From: a virus
Reading direction: 5' to 3' (one strand)
Length of the DNA stretch: 64,000 bases
Virus record (IMG/VR): IMGVR_UViG_3300027969_000050
Location: 1 to 64,000 of that record
The number at the start of each line of letters is the position of its first letter. Position 1 is the stretch's first letter. Made by a program: the position numbers and the translations under genes. A model generated the notes under the pieces. The model did no database searches and was not told where the DNA came from. It saw only the letters and a program-made list of their open reading frames with translations. Of the stretch, positions 1 to 10,562 are shown in pieces.

Positions 1-2053
1 CCGTTGAGCCGAAATAGACATAGCGAACCTCGCTCTGTAAAGCGTCTCGCGTTATGTTGTATGGAAGTGCGTTTGTGCTTCCTCCATCAAAGATAATTCG
101 GAACTCGCCGCTTGTTGGGGATCCAGTAATGGACACATAAACTTTATTGTTTTGCGTACCAACCTGAGCGCCAAGAATTGGGCTTCCGTCTGAATTACAT
201 TCGATAACTCTGTATCCAAGTTGACCCGTAGTCGAACCAGTGTCTTCGTTTGTCCATCGAACGTTGTCAACTCCATTTACAAGGTGAATGGTCTGAAGAA
301 CGTCAGAAAGCTGAATCGTTGTTCCAAAGTATGCGTTTGCCATTGTTTTGGAAAGCTCACGATTAATCGCTGAATTTGTAGCTTCTACGTTTGCGCCCGA
401 GTTATACATGATCGTTACGTCAAATTTAAAATATCGCGTCTTGGCCTTATGAACTAGAACGTCGGTTGTTACAGGGCGAAGCGCTTCAATTGAGGTTTGT
501 AACGTTGCGATATTCTCATCAAAGAAGTATCCGTTGACGGAGATATGGGCTTCTTCGTTTTGAGCTAGGGTAGGCCCCGTATAGAAATCTGTATTACGAT
601 CAATTGATAACTCGCCGTTTACGTCCGAAGCCCACTCAATTCCGTTCCTAGAGCGAACCGTACCCGCAAGGTCTAGGCTTTCTACGAGCCAGTAATGAAT
701 TCCAAGGTAGTATGTTGTTAGTCCAATTAGGATACTCTCGGGAAGAGCGATAACTGGCTGACGAAGAAGGGGCGAGTAAAAATTTCCTGCTCTTGGATGA
801 TAGGTCTCGCCAGATCGAACAAAGTTGCCAACATAGAAACGATTGCCCGAAATAGTGTTGAAGATCTGGTCAAAGGGCTTAGAGACAATTGCGTCCGACT
901 CGGTTTTATTTTCGTTGTTTACAAAAATGTCCACGCAGTTCAGGATCGCCCGGTCCCAATCGTTTCTTGATGCTGTGCTGATGTATGAATGCTCAACATT
1001 AACAATGTCGTTGGGGCTAAGAGTTGCCGAGTCCTGATCGTCTGTAACGTTGATGAAGGTGACGTTTGGATGGTAAAAATAAGTTAGAGGGTCGGCGGCA
1101 AGAACGTCAGGACCAGTTCCTTTTTTCGCCATGCGGTATGTGTCTCCACGATTTTTAAGTCCGGCAACAACATTTGCGTTGACCACATAGTCGCTATCTG
1201 GAGAATAGAAGAATGAACCCGTCTGGTTTGCCACATAAAACGAATCGGGGTATGTGTGCTTGCTATATAGGACCGAAGACAGGGCGCTTGTGTACTCCCC
1301 AGTGTTTCCATTTCCGCCCACGGCTTCATCGTCACGAGATGCATCATCGACAGAGGGAACCTGAATATTTTCAATATGCTTAGAAATTGGCCCAACGACA
1401 GTGGCTTTGGTTGAACGTCCCGACACGGCAGCGGCAAGGTATTGATCTTCGGTCCCGGAAAGATTTCTGAAAACAGTTGTTTTGAACCTCGCCTTGTACT
1501 CATCGTCGCCTTCGGCGTCTAGCCCGCCAACTGCTGGGGTTCGGTTTGTTACTCCGCTGACGCCAATAACTGGAGACCCAACAAAGTCTGTGATAACCCC
1601 CGCTGGTTTGTTTCCAAGCTCGCCCACTATGCTTGCCCTTATTGGCGCCTCAACGGTTGTCGAGTTGGCCGTAATGATCGCAGCGGAAGTTGTTTCATAA
1701 ACCATTCTGACGCCCTCGTCGGAGCTGGCAATCTGAGTTCCGGATGGAATTAAAAGGTCTGTGTTTGTTGCTGAGTCTCGTGAGAAAACAACAGTTGCCG
1801 TGGCTGAAAGTCCGGATTGGCGACCGAATCCAAAGATCTGCATGAAGGTATCGAGGTTTGACCCATACTTGGCAAATGGGTCTAGAGAACCGTTGACAAC
1901 ATTGACATCAATTTGACTCGAAGAAAGCGCTGTCGCAACGGTAGAAATAATCTTATATTCAGGGGTTCCTTCAGCCGCCGAAATATTCGGATCTAAGGTC
2001 CTTAGCTGCTGGACCATTTGCTTGATGAAATCGTCTGGTGTTAATAGGGCCAT
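1..2053 (-). CDS. Baseplate J-like (wedge) protein, runs off the window end
   Basis: Not in ORF track (no stop in window). ATG at 2053 reads MALLTPDDFIKQMVQQLRTLDPNISAAEGTPEYKII...NLDTFMQIFGFGRQSGLSATATVVFSR; same frame is open at positions 2-64; follows gp25-like gene. Confidence 0.85.
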   Translation of the reverse strand, partial: MALLTPDDFIKQMVQQLRTLDPNISAAEGTPEYKIISTVATALSSSQIDVNVVNGSLDPFAKYGSNLDTFMQIFGFGRQSGLSATATVVFSRDSATNTDLLIPSGTQIASSDEGVRMVYETTSAAIITANSTTVEAPIRASIVGELGNKPAGVITDFVGSPVIGVSGVTNRTPAVGGLDAEGDDEYKARFKTTVFRNLSGTEDQYLAAAVSGRSTKATVVGPISKHIENIQVPSVDDASRDDEAVGGNGNTGEYTSALSSVLYSKHTYPDSFYVANQTGSFFYSPDSDYVVNANVVAGLKNRGDTYRMAKKGTGPDVLAADPLTYFYHPNVTFINVTDDQDSATLSPNDIVNVEHSYISTASRNDWDRAILNCVDIFVNNENKTESDAIVSKPFDQIFNTISGNRFYVGNFVRSGETYHPRAGNFYSPLLRQPVIALPESILIGLTTYYLGIHYWLVESLDLAGTVRSRNGIEWASDVNGELSIDRNTDFYTGPTLAQNEEAHISVNGYFFDENIATLQTSIEALRPVTTDVLVHKAKTRYFKFDVTIMYNSGANVEATNSAINRELSKTMANAYFGTTIQLSDVLQTIHLVNGVDNVRWTNEDTGSTTGQLGYRVIECNSDGSPILGAQVGTQNNKVYVSITGSPTSGEFRIIFDGGSTNALPYNITRDALQSEVRYVYFGST

Positions 2054-2054
2054 G

Positions 2055-2531
2055 TTATGAGAAAAGCATTCTTACTGGAACCGTTGATCCGGAACCCGTT
2101 TGCAGGTAAATATTAATGGACAGACGTGTTGGTTCCTCAAGCGTTTGCTCTGCGGTAATCTGGCCAATGTTTAGAAGGATCTCTCCTCGGGACAGGGTAA
2201 TTCTTCCGTATGTTGCCTCGTCTGACTTGGCCCTCACAACCTGTGAGGTTTGATGGCGAACTAAGACACGACGGACCTCTTCTTCAATTTCCAAAAGAAG
2301 CATTTGGTCAATGTTTTGTCCAATAAATCCAGAGGACCTAACGCCATTTGGGGTTGTTCCGCCCTCAAGAAGGGATCCGTAGGAAGGCGTTGTGGGGTCC
2401 TCACCTTGCCTATGAAGAAGCGCCGACTTCAAATCCTGAAGCAGCTTTCCTTCGTCTCGCACAACGGCAAGAGAGTGACCCCTTCCGTCTACCGCTAAAT
2501 CACCGTCTTTTAATGAAAGGCTCCAAGTCAT
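2055..2531 (-). CDS. Baseplate wedge subunit, gp25/gpW-like
   Basis: SLSLKDGDL...KLLQDLKSALLHRQGEDPTTPSYGSLL pattern, 158 aa, directly upstream of baseplate J. Confidence 0.75.
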   Translation of the reverse strand: MTWSLSLKDGDLAVDGRGHSLAVVRDEGKLLQDLKSALLHRQGEDPTTPSYGSLLEGGTTPNGVRSSGFIGQNIDQMLLLEIEEEVRRVLVRHQTSQVVRAKSDEATYGRITLSRGEILLNIGQITAEQTLEEPTRLSINIYLQTGSGSTVPVRMLFS

Positions 2532-2582
2532 CTACTTATTAATGGCCGCAGGAAGGGCCTGTAGTGCTATAGAATCTTACGA

Positions 2583-3461
2583 CTAGGCCAATAGGAGCCA
2601 TAGCGTTGAGCTACCAGTAGGTCCTGCGGGGCCTGAAGGTCCCGTAGCGCCGGTTGGGCCACCGGCAGGCCCAGCGGGGCCGGAGGGACCTGTGGCGCCG
2701 GTAGCACCCGCCCCTGTTGGTCCCGTAGGCCCAGAAGCTCCAGAAGGACCGGAGGGTCCTGACGGCCCTGACGGCCCTGAGGGTCCTGACGGACCGCTCG
2801 CTCCAGCCGCTCCGCTAGGTCCAGTTGGCCCGCTAGGACCTCCGGCTGGTCCCGAAGGTCCAGATGGTCCAGATGGACCCGAAGGCCCGGAGGGGCCGGT
2901 CGATCCAACTCCGGTTGGACCAGAAGGCCCAGAAGGACCAGTTGGTCCGGTTGCGCCAGCCCCTGTTGGTCCCGTATGCCCCACCGGGCCGATTGAGCCG
3001 GTTGGACCCGTTGGGCCAGTCGCACCAACGGCAAGATTTTGAACCGTATCGATTAGATCCTGAGAAAGCTTTGTGATCGTTACTGCGCCATCGGCAATAT
3101 TTTTTGTAGAGATATTTCCATCAAAGGTCCCTTGAACGAAAACGTTTCCGTCGAGGTGAATCGTGCCGCCAGTTGAAATTCTTGTGTCTCCGGGCTGAAT
3201 ATCCTTAAGGTTTGTGGTTACGTCCTTCTCTTCAGCGTAATCGATCTTTTGACCTAGGTGCCAGTACCCGTTGCTATAAAGGATCGTCCAGATCTCTCCC
3301 ATAATGGGCCAACGGAAAGCGTTGGGCGTGTCCCACACTGCGATTTGAACAATTGCCCCGCCCTTAATAAGTCCTTCAAGACGGCGCGTAGCGGGATCGC
3401 AGAAAGTAATCTGCGCCCTAAGTTTGTCCATCCCCGTTCTTGGTTGGTCAAATCCACTCAA
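2583..3461 (-). CDS. Putative baseplate spike/gpV-like protein with C-terminal collagen-like repeats
   Basis: Position between hub and gp25; beta-rich N-terminus ([11 protein letters not shown]); long G-P-S/T triplet run; TTGA overlap with hub stop. Confidence 0.6.
   Translation of the reverse strand: MSGFDQPRTGMDKLRAQITFCDPATRRLEGLIKGGAIVQIAVWDTPNAFRWPIMGEIWTILYSNGYWHLGQKIDYAEEKDVTTNLKDIQPGDTRISTGGTIHLDGNVFVQGTFDGNISTKNIADGAVTITKLSQDLIDTVQNLAVGATGPTGPTGSIGPVGHTGPTGAGATGPTGPSGPSGPTGVGSTGPSGPSGPSGPSGPSGPAGGPSGPTGPSGAAGASGPSGPSGPSGPSGPSGPSGASGPTGPTGAGATGATGPSGPAGPAGGPTGATGPSGPAGPTGSSTLWLLLA
2610..3030 (-). repeat. Collagen-like Gly-X-Y coding repeat
   Basis: [10 protein letters not shown]... 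triplets in the translation. Confidence 0.9.
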
Positions 3462-6265
3462 AACGATTTCACCATACCGTAAGTAAACTTCTCCATCATC
3501 CCATCATCATTTGTATCTTTTGCGGATGGAGACGACAACTGCGCAAAAGTTTCAAATCCACCAGCATAATCAAACTGATGCTGTACTGAATCGATATAAC
3601 AAACAAGATCGTGATCCTTAAAGGCAACTCGACCGCCCGGATAAAGCTCGGGCATGAACGTGAATTGGAACTGAGTAATAAATTGCAGGGACCATTGCTG
3701 CATGAAGCGCTGAAATGCGGAGAATGCCTCAAAGTATTTAGAACGGATCAATGGCTCTTCGTGATAGTCAGGCCTTACCCCGTAACGATTCAAGAAGTTA
3801 GCGGCGTCCTTGAAAAGAGGAAGTTTGCCCTTGCCTCCCTGCTGGGATAGAAGCCAGTTTGTTTCAAATGCGTTGAAGATCGTAACGATTCCGGACGTCA
3901 TCAACCTATCGTTAAAGTCAATCTTCATGTCGTACTGAGTGTCTCCAACAACGTAAACATGAGTTTTTAGGTTTTCATCAGATAGAATCATGTCGCCCTC
4001 AATAAGCTCAACGTCGTCAATTTCCCAGTACGGCGGTCTATTAGGATTAAACGTCCCAAAATGATCGGGGAAGAAGGCGTAGAATCGACCGTCTGGAAGA
4101 CTCATGTAGGTTCTCATGCTGGCGGAGCAAAGCTGTTCTACGAAATCAATCAGCGGCTTGTCATTCATGTACGATTTTTGGCCAGAATAAGCCAAGGATT
4201 CAAGCGTTTCTGCCATTGTTGGCAGCTCTATGACGGTGCCAAAGGCTGAAGCCGTAGCAATTCCCTGAGCGGCCTCTTTGCTAATTCCGCCGCCAGAAAT
4301 GCCGCTTGCCGAGGCCGGGTCGGTACCCCCAGCCTGTGTATCCGCCCCTGCAAGCCAAGGAGCCGCGTCCTGTGCTACTCCTCCGGGCCGATACTCAAAA
4401 TGCAAATGCGGTCCTGATGAACCACCGGTATTGTTTGATTTGGCAATTACGTCACCTTTTTTAACTTTATCGCCAGCTTTGACATTCCATGACTGAAGGT
4501 GTCCGTATCTTGTAAAGACGTTATTCGCATGCTTTAACTCAATCCATTTACCATATCCGGTGCCGCCATCGTCTTGAACAATGTTTGCCGTACCATCCAA
4601 TACAGCAAAAATATCAGTACCGTTGGGACAAGGAAAGTCAAGGCCTTCGTGGAGGTGTCCGACCCTTTGCGTGCCAAAACCGGAGCCTGCTTTGATACCA
4701 GTTGGTACTGGCCACAATGGTTTGTTGCTGTTGGAAGGGGCCTTTGGACTTTGCGTTGATGGCGTCGGTCCTTTCCCAGACTGGTTTGGCTGTGGGGGAA
4801 CCGCGCCGGGAAGAGAAGGGGCGATAGGCCTTGCCGCAGCGCTAACGGTCCGGCTACTTCTTCTTGCAACCGGGATTGAAGAGTCGATGACTGTAGTTGC
4901 GGCATCAACAATATCCCGACCAATCATGTCATTAATTGAAACTGACGCAACTTTGGCAGAGCGACTGTTGCCATCTGGGGTACGACCATTTCCAGACTGA
5001 CCGCCTCCGGGTTGCGCTACGTCCTGAGTTTTGTTTTTGTTTTTTGCCGCTCCTCTTTTCCAAGCGGCAAGCGTGTTTCTAGCTTCAATAAGCCCGCCCG
5101 CTCCATTGTCGTACCTGTCTGGATACGCTGACCCCTCAACAGTTTGAGCGATTACACCCGGCGACATTCCCGGATTTTTTTTGGCAAGCTCAATAGCAGA
5201 TCCTTTACCAGTCCATCCATGCTTTCCGTTGTCCCCGTTTTTAAATTTAGCCGGGGCTGGATCGCCGCCCATAAATACCCGGACGTTGAAACCAATGTTC
5301 ATCAGGTCGCTCTTTGGGTTGTATCTCTCTAGGCCCTGCAAGATACCGTAGGATCCGTATCCATCTTCAGATGGTGTGGCTATGTTAATCCATTCGCTTT
5401 CCTGCGTTCCAGCTTCGATTAATGCAAGCACGGCATTGTCTGGAGGGTTTTCGTAAAGATCGTAGGCATATCCAAGACCCGCTTCAAGGTTTTTAATTTG
5501 CTCGGCGCTTGCCTTGGCGCCCTTAATTTTAATGTTTTCACCAGCCAACGTTCCGTTTCCACTTCCGCCCGGGCTATTTGAACTTGCCCCTGCGGCTGTC
5601 TCTCCAATTGCGGTCCTTAAGAATTCTTTGAGCGCCTCCTTGGTCTCTTCATTTTCCTTTTGGAAGCTCGAGAATACCTTGGTTACGGTGTCAACAATAC
5701 CCGGAGGCAAGGCCTCGATAAAAATGTCCTCTTGACGCCATTTACCAACAGCTTCAAGGACCCCATAAAGAATGTTGCTGAACCCTCCATCGTTAAGGTT
5801 TTTATTTTTCTGCTTTAGAGTCGAATCGGTGGCTTCGTCAAGATTAATAGCCGTACCGTCGGTCATTTGCTGCCAACCAAACTTAGATATAAAGGTCTTA
5901 GAGAATGGAAGCGCGGGATCCCAGTATGTGTACTTCAGCCTCTTCATCGTGCAGGAGGCCTCTAGGGTAATTGTTCCGGGAAACAACTGTAGGTATGGCG
6001 TCGTGTCCAAGAACCCAGTAAAGACGCGAACAGGATAGTTGATATTGCGAGCCATGTAGATTGTAATTGGGTCCATCGGATGAAATGCTGGGGCGCCCGG
6101 AGTAGTAAATTTAAAATCAGGGTTACGCAAGACCAGAGACGCCGTGCTGACGCCATTCGTGATCCTGTTTACGTTTCCTGAAACTATGTATGGACTTAGG
6201 TCGATTGCTTGACTGTCTGTCTTTACATAGGCCCAGACCTTAGGTCTATATACTAATCTTTTCAT
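3458..6265 (-). CDS. Baseplate hub (copy A) with inserted lysozyme-like domain and M23 peptidase
   Basis: Hub-like N and C halves; AGTQES...GSYGILQG...[13 protein letters not shown] lysozyme-like block; M23 motifs HEGLDF, YGHL, GPHLHFE. Confidence 0.85.
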   Translation of the reverse strand: MKRLVYRPKVWAYVKTDSQAIDLSPYIVSGNVNRITNGVSTASLVLRNPDFKFTTPGAPAFHPMDPITIYMARNINYPVRVFTGFLDTTPYLQLFPGTITLEASCTMKRLKYTYWDPALPFSKTFISKFGWQQMTDGTAINLDEATDSTLKQKNKNLNDGGFSNILYGVLEAVGKWRQEDIFIEALPPGIVDTVTKVFSSFQKENEETKEALKEFLRTAIGETAAGASSNSPGGSGNGTLAGENIKIKGAKASAEQIKNLEAGLGYAYDLYENPPDNAVLALIEAGTQESEWINIATPSEDGYGSYGILQGLERYNPKSDLMNIGFNVRVFMGGDPAPAKFKNGDNGKHGWTGKGSAIELAKKNPGMSPGVIAQTVEGSAYPDRYDNGAGGLIEARNTLAAWKRGAAKNKNKTQDVAQPGGGQSGNGRTPDGNSRSAKVASVSINDMIGRDIVDAATTVIDSSIPVARRSSRTVSAAARPIAPSLPGAVPPQPNQSGKGPTPSTQSPKAPSNSNKPLWPVPTGIKAGSGFGTQRVGHLHEGLDFPCPNGTDIFAVLDGTANIVQDDGGTGYGKWIELKHANNVFTRYGHLQSWNVKAGDKVKKGDVIAKSNNTGGSSGPHLHFEYRPGGVAQDAAPWLAGADTQAGGTDPASASGISGGGISKEAAQGIATASAFGTVIELPTMAETLESLAYSGQKSYMNDKPLIDFVEQLCSASMRTYMSLPDGRFYAFFPDHFGTFNPNRPPYWEIDDVELIEGDMILSDENLKTHVYVVGDTQYDMKIDFNDRLMTSGIVTIFNAFETNWLLSQQGGKGKLPLFKDAANFLNRYGVRPDYHEEPLIRSKYFEAFSAFQRFMQQWSLQFITQFQFTFMPELYPGGRVAFKDHDLVCYIDSVQHQFDYAGGFETFAQLSSPSAKDTNDDGMMEKFTYGMVKSF

Positions 6266-7797
6266 CCTGATCCCCCAGTAGAAGGCCTTACCATTCCCAA
6301 TGGATAGCCGACTTTACTATTAACATCAGCGGATGGGGCAGATAGCTGGGCGGTAGTCGTAAACCCGTTTTCGTAATCAAACTCGTGCTTTACCGAATCG
6401 ACATAACAGATCAGGCCTCGATCCTTGAATGAAACTCGGCCACCGGGATACATCTCTGGCATGAAAGTAAATTCGCAGTTTGTTAGAAACTGCCTCGCCC
6501 AAAGCAGCATAAACCTCTGAAAGGCAACAAACATTTCAAAAAACGGAGCGTGGACGTAAGGAGCGTCCTCGTAGTAGGGCCGAACGCCGTAACGCTCCAA
6601 GAACTTGGTCTCGTCAGAAAACACCTTAACTTTGTTTTGGGCGACGTCAACATTGCCAAGCCAGTTCAAATTGAAAGCGTCAAAGATTGACACAACGCCG
6701 TTAGAGTTCAGGCGGTTTACAAACTGAGGGCCAACCGGAGACGGCGCCGATCCTGCAAGCATCGTGTCACCAACAACGTAAACGTGTGTGGCCAAGTTCT
6801 CGTCAGATAGGTACATGGTCATATCGATTACCTCAACATCATCGATTTCCCAATATGGCGCCCTGTGATTAAAGCTTCCAAAATAGTCTGGGAAAAACGC
6901 ATAAAAGCGACCGTCCGGGAGGCTTTGGAAGTGATGCATAGACGCTGAGCAGAGCTGCTCAATAAAATCAATTAAGGGCTTGTCGTTTAGATAAGACTTT
7001 TGACCTTGGAGCATCATCGCCTCTAAGCGATCCTCACGGGTTGGTCCCTCCAATACAACTCCGAATGCTGCCGCCGTGCCTACAGTCTGCGCGCCAGCGG
7101 CGTCAATACCATTTGTGACGCCCCCTCCGCCACCACCTCCCCCGCCTGACCCTCCAGCAACAACCTGAATATTGGAACCCGTAATATCGTTGTAGATTTG
7201 CGCGATTGTCGTTGTGTTTCCAGAGGCGTATCCGCTACTTGCCCATCCGGAACTTACGATTGCTTGGATTTGACTTTGTGGAGACCCTCCAGCGGTCTTG
7301 ATAATCTGAAGAATTCCAGACGAAGGACCAAATTTCTTGCCCCTTAAAAAGTCATTGGTGGCCTGAGCCGCCTTCTCCCCGGTACCCCATACGCTGTCGT
7401 ATGTTATCCCTCCTCGGCCCGAGTCGAACCAGCCAACATTTAACCAGTTATGGTTGCTTGAACTCTCTCGTCCCTGAGCAGCGCTGCTGTTCCCGTATCC
7501 CTCTTCTGCAATTACCCAAGCGGCAATAACATACTTGTCCATACCAGATAGGTTGGCAAGCGTGTCAACAAACGTTTTTTGACCAGCGGTTAAATTAAAA
7601 CTTCTGCCGCTTCCACTGCCGCCACCTGACGATGATCCCGAAGAAGAACCGGATGATGGCGACCGGCGACTGGTAGAGGCAACTGGGGCCTTTGGAGAAC
7701 TAGGAGTTCTCGCTGCCGCTCGACCAAGAAGAATTTTGGCTTGCGGAACAGGGTTCTCGCCAATAAATTCTGGATATATGTCAGCGGCTGAAATCAT
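6262..7797 (-). CDS. Baseplate hub copy B, C-terminal half, preceded by glucosaminidase/lysozyme-like domain
   Basis: C half [36 protein letters not shown] nearly identical to copy A; N domain AAWVIAEE..HNWLNVG..SGWASSGY; ATG at 7797 overlaps upstream TGA (ATGA). Confidence 0.8.
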   Translation of the reverse strand: MISAADIYPEFIGENPVPQAKILLGRAAARTPSSPKAPVASTSRRSPSSGSSSGSSSGGGSGSGRSFNLTAGQKTFVDTLANLSGMDKYVIAAWVIAEEGYGNSSAAQGRESSSNHNWLNVGWFDSGRGGITYDSVWGTGEKAAQATNDFLRGKKFGPSSGILQIIKTAGGSPQSQIQAIVSSGWASSGYASGNTTTIAQIYNDITGSNIQVVAGGSGGGGGGGGGVTNGIDAAGAQTVGTAAAFGVVLEGPTREDRLEAMMLQGQKSYLNDKPLIDFIEQLCSASMHHFQSLPDGRFYAFFPDYFGSFNHRAPYWEIDDVEVIDMTMYLSDENLATHVYVVGDTMLAGSAPSPVGPQFVNRLNSNGVVSIFDAFNLNWLGNVDVAQNKVKVFSDETKFLERYGVRPYYEDAPYVHAPFFEMFVAFQRFMLLWARQFLTNCEFTFMPEMYPGGRVSFKDRGLICYVDSVKHEFDYENGFTTTAQLSAPSADVNSKVGYPLGMVRPSTGGSG

Positions 7798-8975
7798 GTT
7801 CCGGGCCAATGCCTTGCCGTAAATCCACTTGTGGGGTGATCTTTAGGATTAAAGCCCGCTCCGCCAAACCCCTTGCCCCACTCTCCAGTTCCAAAATGAT
7901 GCCCAGAATGACCGGGAAGATTAAATACAAGAAAGACATGTGAAGAGTTGGCGTACATTGTTAGATATCTACCTTTACCAGCCTTGCCCCAGCTTTTTGC
8001 CATGTCGTAGCTGGCCGGAACCCCTTGGCCCTCTCTGAATCCCATCCCCCCAGCGCAAAGCACGGCGGCAACAGATCCTGAGCAGTCATATCCACCTCCA
8101 CTTGGACTTCCGCACTTAGAGTGGCCTCCTCCCCAAACGTATGGAAGACGCTTGTTGGTGATCGAAACAGCCTCGGCGTAGGCTTGCTCCACCGCCGCTG
8201 GACCGGTTCCAGTTCCATCAAAAGCAAAGCTTCCAGATGCTGCGTCCGCCGCCGCTCCTCCAGACACCTCCTGAGGCGGATCCCCAATAGCACTTGCCAG
8301 AAACGCTTTAAAGGCCTCTTGGGTCGCTGTTCGGTCGTCCTTAAGGTCGGTCCATAGCTTATCGATATCGTCGGTCAGCGTAGAAGGAAGCGGTTCGACC
8401 AATAGATCTTTAGGGTCCCAATGACCAATATTTTCCATCGAGGCAGAAATCAGCGCCGACAATCCAGAGTCATTAAGCCCAACTTGACCAATCGTGTGAA
8501 TCTCCCCGTTGACATTTTTGGCTTGTATGGATCTGTTTTCGGCGTCGATGTTACGCATAGTTCCGGTAGCCACATCCTGCTGCCATCCATACCTAGCAAG
8601 AAAATATTGGGTGAACGGCAATGCAGGATCCCAGTAGGTGTGCTTAAGACGTTTAAGTGTGCAGGACGCTGTCAGGGTTACGCTTCCGGGAAATAGTTGC
8701 AGGTAGGGAGTGTCGTCCAAGAACCCAGTAAAAACACGGACCGGGTAATTAATATTTCGGGCCATGAAGATTGTTATCGGATCCATCGGGTGAAAAGTCG
8801 GACCCTCAGTGAATTTGAAGTCAGGGTTTCTTATGGTTATCTTTGCGGTGCTGACATCATCGACAACACGCTCCACGTTTCCTTTTACGATGTATGGGCT
8901 AATGTCAATTGGAATTCCTCCCTCCATGGCCTTGACGTATGCCCAAATTTTAGGTCGGTAGACTAGTCTTTTCAT
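7794..8975 (-). CDS. Baseplate hub copy B, N-terminal half fused to NlpC/P60 peptidase
   Basis: [15 protein letters not shown]...[27 protein letters not shown] matches copy A; PYVWGGGH..YDCSG..HVFL catalytic Cys/His. Confidence 0.85.
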   Translation of the reverse strand: MKRLVYRPKIWAYVKAMEGGIPIDISPYIVKGNVERVVDDVSTAKITIRNPDFKFTEGPTFHPMDPITIFMARNINYPVRVFTGFLDDTPYLQLFPGSVTLTASCTLKRLKHTYWDPALPFTQYFLARYGWQQDVATGTMRNIDAENRSIQAKNVNGEIHTIGQVGLNDSGLSALISASMENIGHWDPKDLLVEPLPSTLTDDIDKLWTDLKDDRTATQEAFKAFLASAIGDPPQEVSGGAAADAASGSFAFDGTGTGPAAVEQAYAEAVSITNKRLPYVWGGGHSKCGSPSGGGYDCSGSVAAVLCAGGMGFREGQGVPASYDMAKSWGKAGKGRYLTMYANSSHVFLVFNLPGHSGHHFGTGEWGKGFGGAGFNPKDHPTSGFTARHWPGT

Positions 8976-9760
8976 TGATCCAAAGAAGACGTCGCATCTC
9001 GCGCAGTTTCGCTATACGCGGAAAATGGATCAATCCCCGGTTGTGCAAGGCTGGCATTGCTTAGCGCGTCCTCAATGGTTTGAACCGCTTTAATAAGATT
9101 TGAGTTAAGGACTGGATCCTGAAGCCCAAGCATGTTTACAGACCTTAGGATAACGAATTCAAACTGCCATGCATACGACACTTGATAGCGCTCCGCGCCT
9201 CGTTGCATTCCAGAGACGTACCCATCTAGAACAATGCGGCTAGGAACCCCCTTTGTTGTTCGATTTTCCTTTCCGGTTCTTGACTTTGAAGACGCGCCTG
9301 CGGTTCCGTTACGAGGCTTGTAGTCCAAACCGTACTTAATGAATCGAATTGCTCGATACTTATCGTCTAGTCCACGGTCCCCATCGTCAATTGCGTATCT
9401 ATGCGCCTCTCTAATAACCTCTCCTAGGCGACCAAACTCATAACTGTTTGGGCATTGACCAGAAATCGTAATCCTTGGTGCCGCAAAGTTGTGAGGAAAA
9501 AATTGCTGCTTGTCTTGGCTTTGAGCAACGGAACCGAGCAGGCTGAAATCCGTAGTGATGTCATTGACCCAAAGACCAATCCTCTTGTTATTTGCTGACA
9601 CAAGCATCGCATTTGATTTATTAGTTGCGTTGCCGGTCGAATCATTTGGTCTCATGTTTGGCGAGTTTACGTTCCACTCTTTGCCATTTGGCTTATCAAA
9701 TGGAGCGCTCATTCCCAATGAAGGATCTGCTTTTGGAACCCATGATGAACTAGAAGGCAT
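8972..9760 (-). CDS. Putative baseplate/tail tube initiator protein
   Basis: Between tape measure and hub; tube-like beta pattern (ITISGQ..., WQFEFVI); translationally coupled. Confidence 0.5.
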   Translation of the reverse strand: MPSSSSWVPKADPSLGMSAPFDKPNGKEWNVNSPNMRPNDSTGNATNKSNAMLVSANNKRIGLWVNDITTDFSLLGSVAQSQDKQQFFPHNFAAPRITISGQCPNSYEFGRLGEVIREAHRYAIDDGDRGLDDKYRAIRFIKYGLDYKPRNGTAGASSKSRTGKENRTTKGVPSRIVLDGYVSGMQRGAERYQVSYAWQFEFVILRSVNMLGLQDPVLNSNLIKAVQTIEDALSNASLAQPGIDPFSAYSETARDATSSLDQ

Positions 9761-10560
9761 TATTTGGCTTTCTTATCTTTTTCGCTCGGAGCCTTTGGCT
9801 CATATGGAGTTGAGTAGTTTGCCCCATCAAAAAGTGTTCCGTAGGGGTCCTCAGCCGTGTTATCGATATAGCTTCCAATGATTTGATTGAATGCCTCGCC
9901 ACGTTTTTTGTACTCCTCTTTGAGGGCCGCGCCGTCAAACTTGTTGGGCCTCGACTTGCCACCCTTGTTATTGCCCAGTGACATTGACGGATTAACGAAT
10001 CCACTATCCGGGTAGTAACCGATATCGGCAAGCGTTGTCGTCTTGCTAATTGCCTGATCTATGGAAATGTCCGGGGAGCCGTAATACTTGCTTGAAATTG
10101 CCGAGAGGATGTTTGCACTGGCGGACCCGTCGTCCTCGTACACCTGACCAGTTAGCCTCCATTCAGGGGCGACGACCTCTGTTCCCATTCTAAACCCGGG
10201 TACCGTCTTAGGAATAATTTTTAGGTTCCATCCTCTACTGGGAATGCTCATGTTGATGGGGTTTCCAAGATAATTTGTGGGCTTTCCGGAAACACCTTGG
10301 GAGGCAAACTGCATGTAAGTCACAAAATAGTTGTAGATATCTTCCATCTGAAGGTAATTTCGGCAGTCGCCTTGTATTTCTATGTCGCTAATTGAGCAAG
10401 ACAGGATCTGAACGACTTCGCCACCGTAAGTTGGGAAGGTTTGAGTATTGAGTTGATATCCCCAGTACACAGAGTTCGCTCCGGTCGTAACAACCAAGGT
10501 CTCTTGGTCTTTCTTGTCTGGACGGGTGTACGAAAACTTTATGTTTGTATTGACAGTCAT
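9760..10560 (-). CDS. Putative baseplate/tail tube initiator protein
   Basis: Directly after tape measure; NSVYWGYQLNTQTFPTYGGEVVQILS recalls cluster C-type tail proteins. Confidence 0.55.
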   Translation of the reverse strand: MTVNTNIKFSYTRPDKKDQETLVVTTGANSVYWGYQLNTQTFPTYGGEVVQILSCSISDIEIQGDCRNYLQMEDIYNYFVTYMQFASQGVSGKPTNYLGNPINMSIPSRGWNLKIIPKTVPGFRMGTEVVAPEWRLTGQVYEDDGSASANILSAISSKYYGSPDISIDQAISKTTTLADIGYYPDSGFVNPSMSLGNNKGGKSRPNKFDGAALKEEYKKRGEAFNQIIGSYIDNTAEDPYGTLFDGANYSTPYEPKAPSEKDKKAK

Positions 10561-10562
10561 GG

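Noticed and set aside
2692-3042. Antisense and alternate-frame ORFs over collagen and other genes
   Set aside because: Shadows of GC-rich repeats in real minus-strand genes; no SD or promoter
7790-7845. Programmed -1 frameshift fusing the two halves of hub copy B
   Set aside because: Frames are -1 related but there is no in-frame slippery heptamer in the short shared open stretch; the ATGA overlap explains coupling
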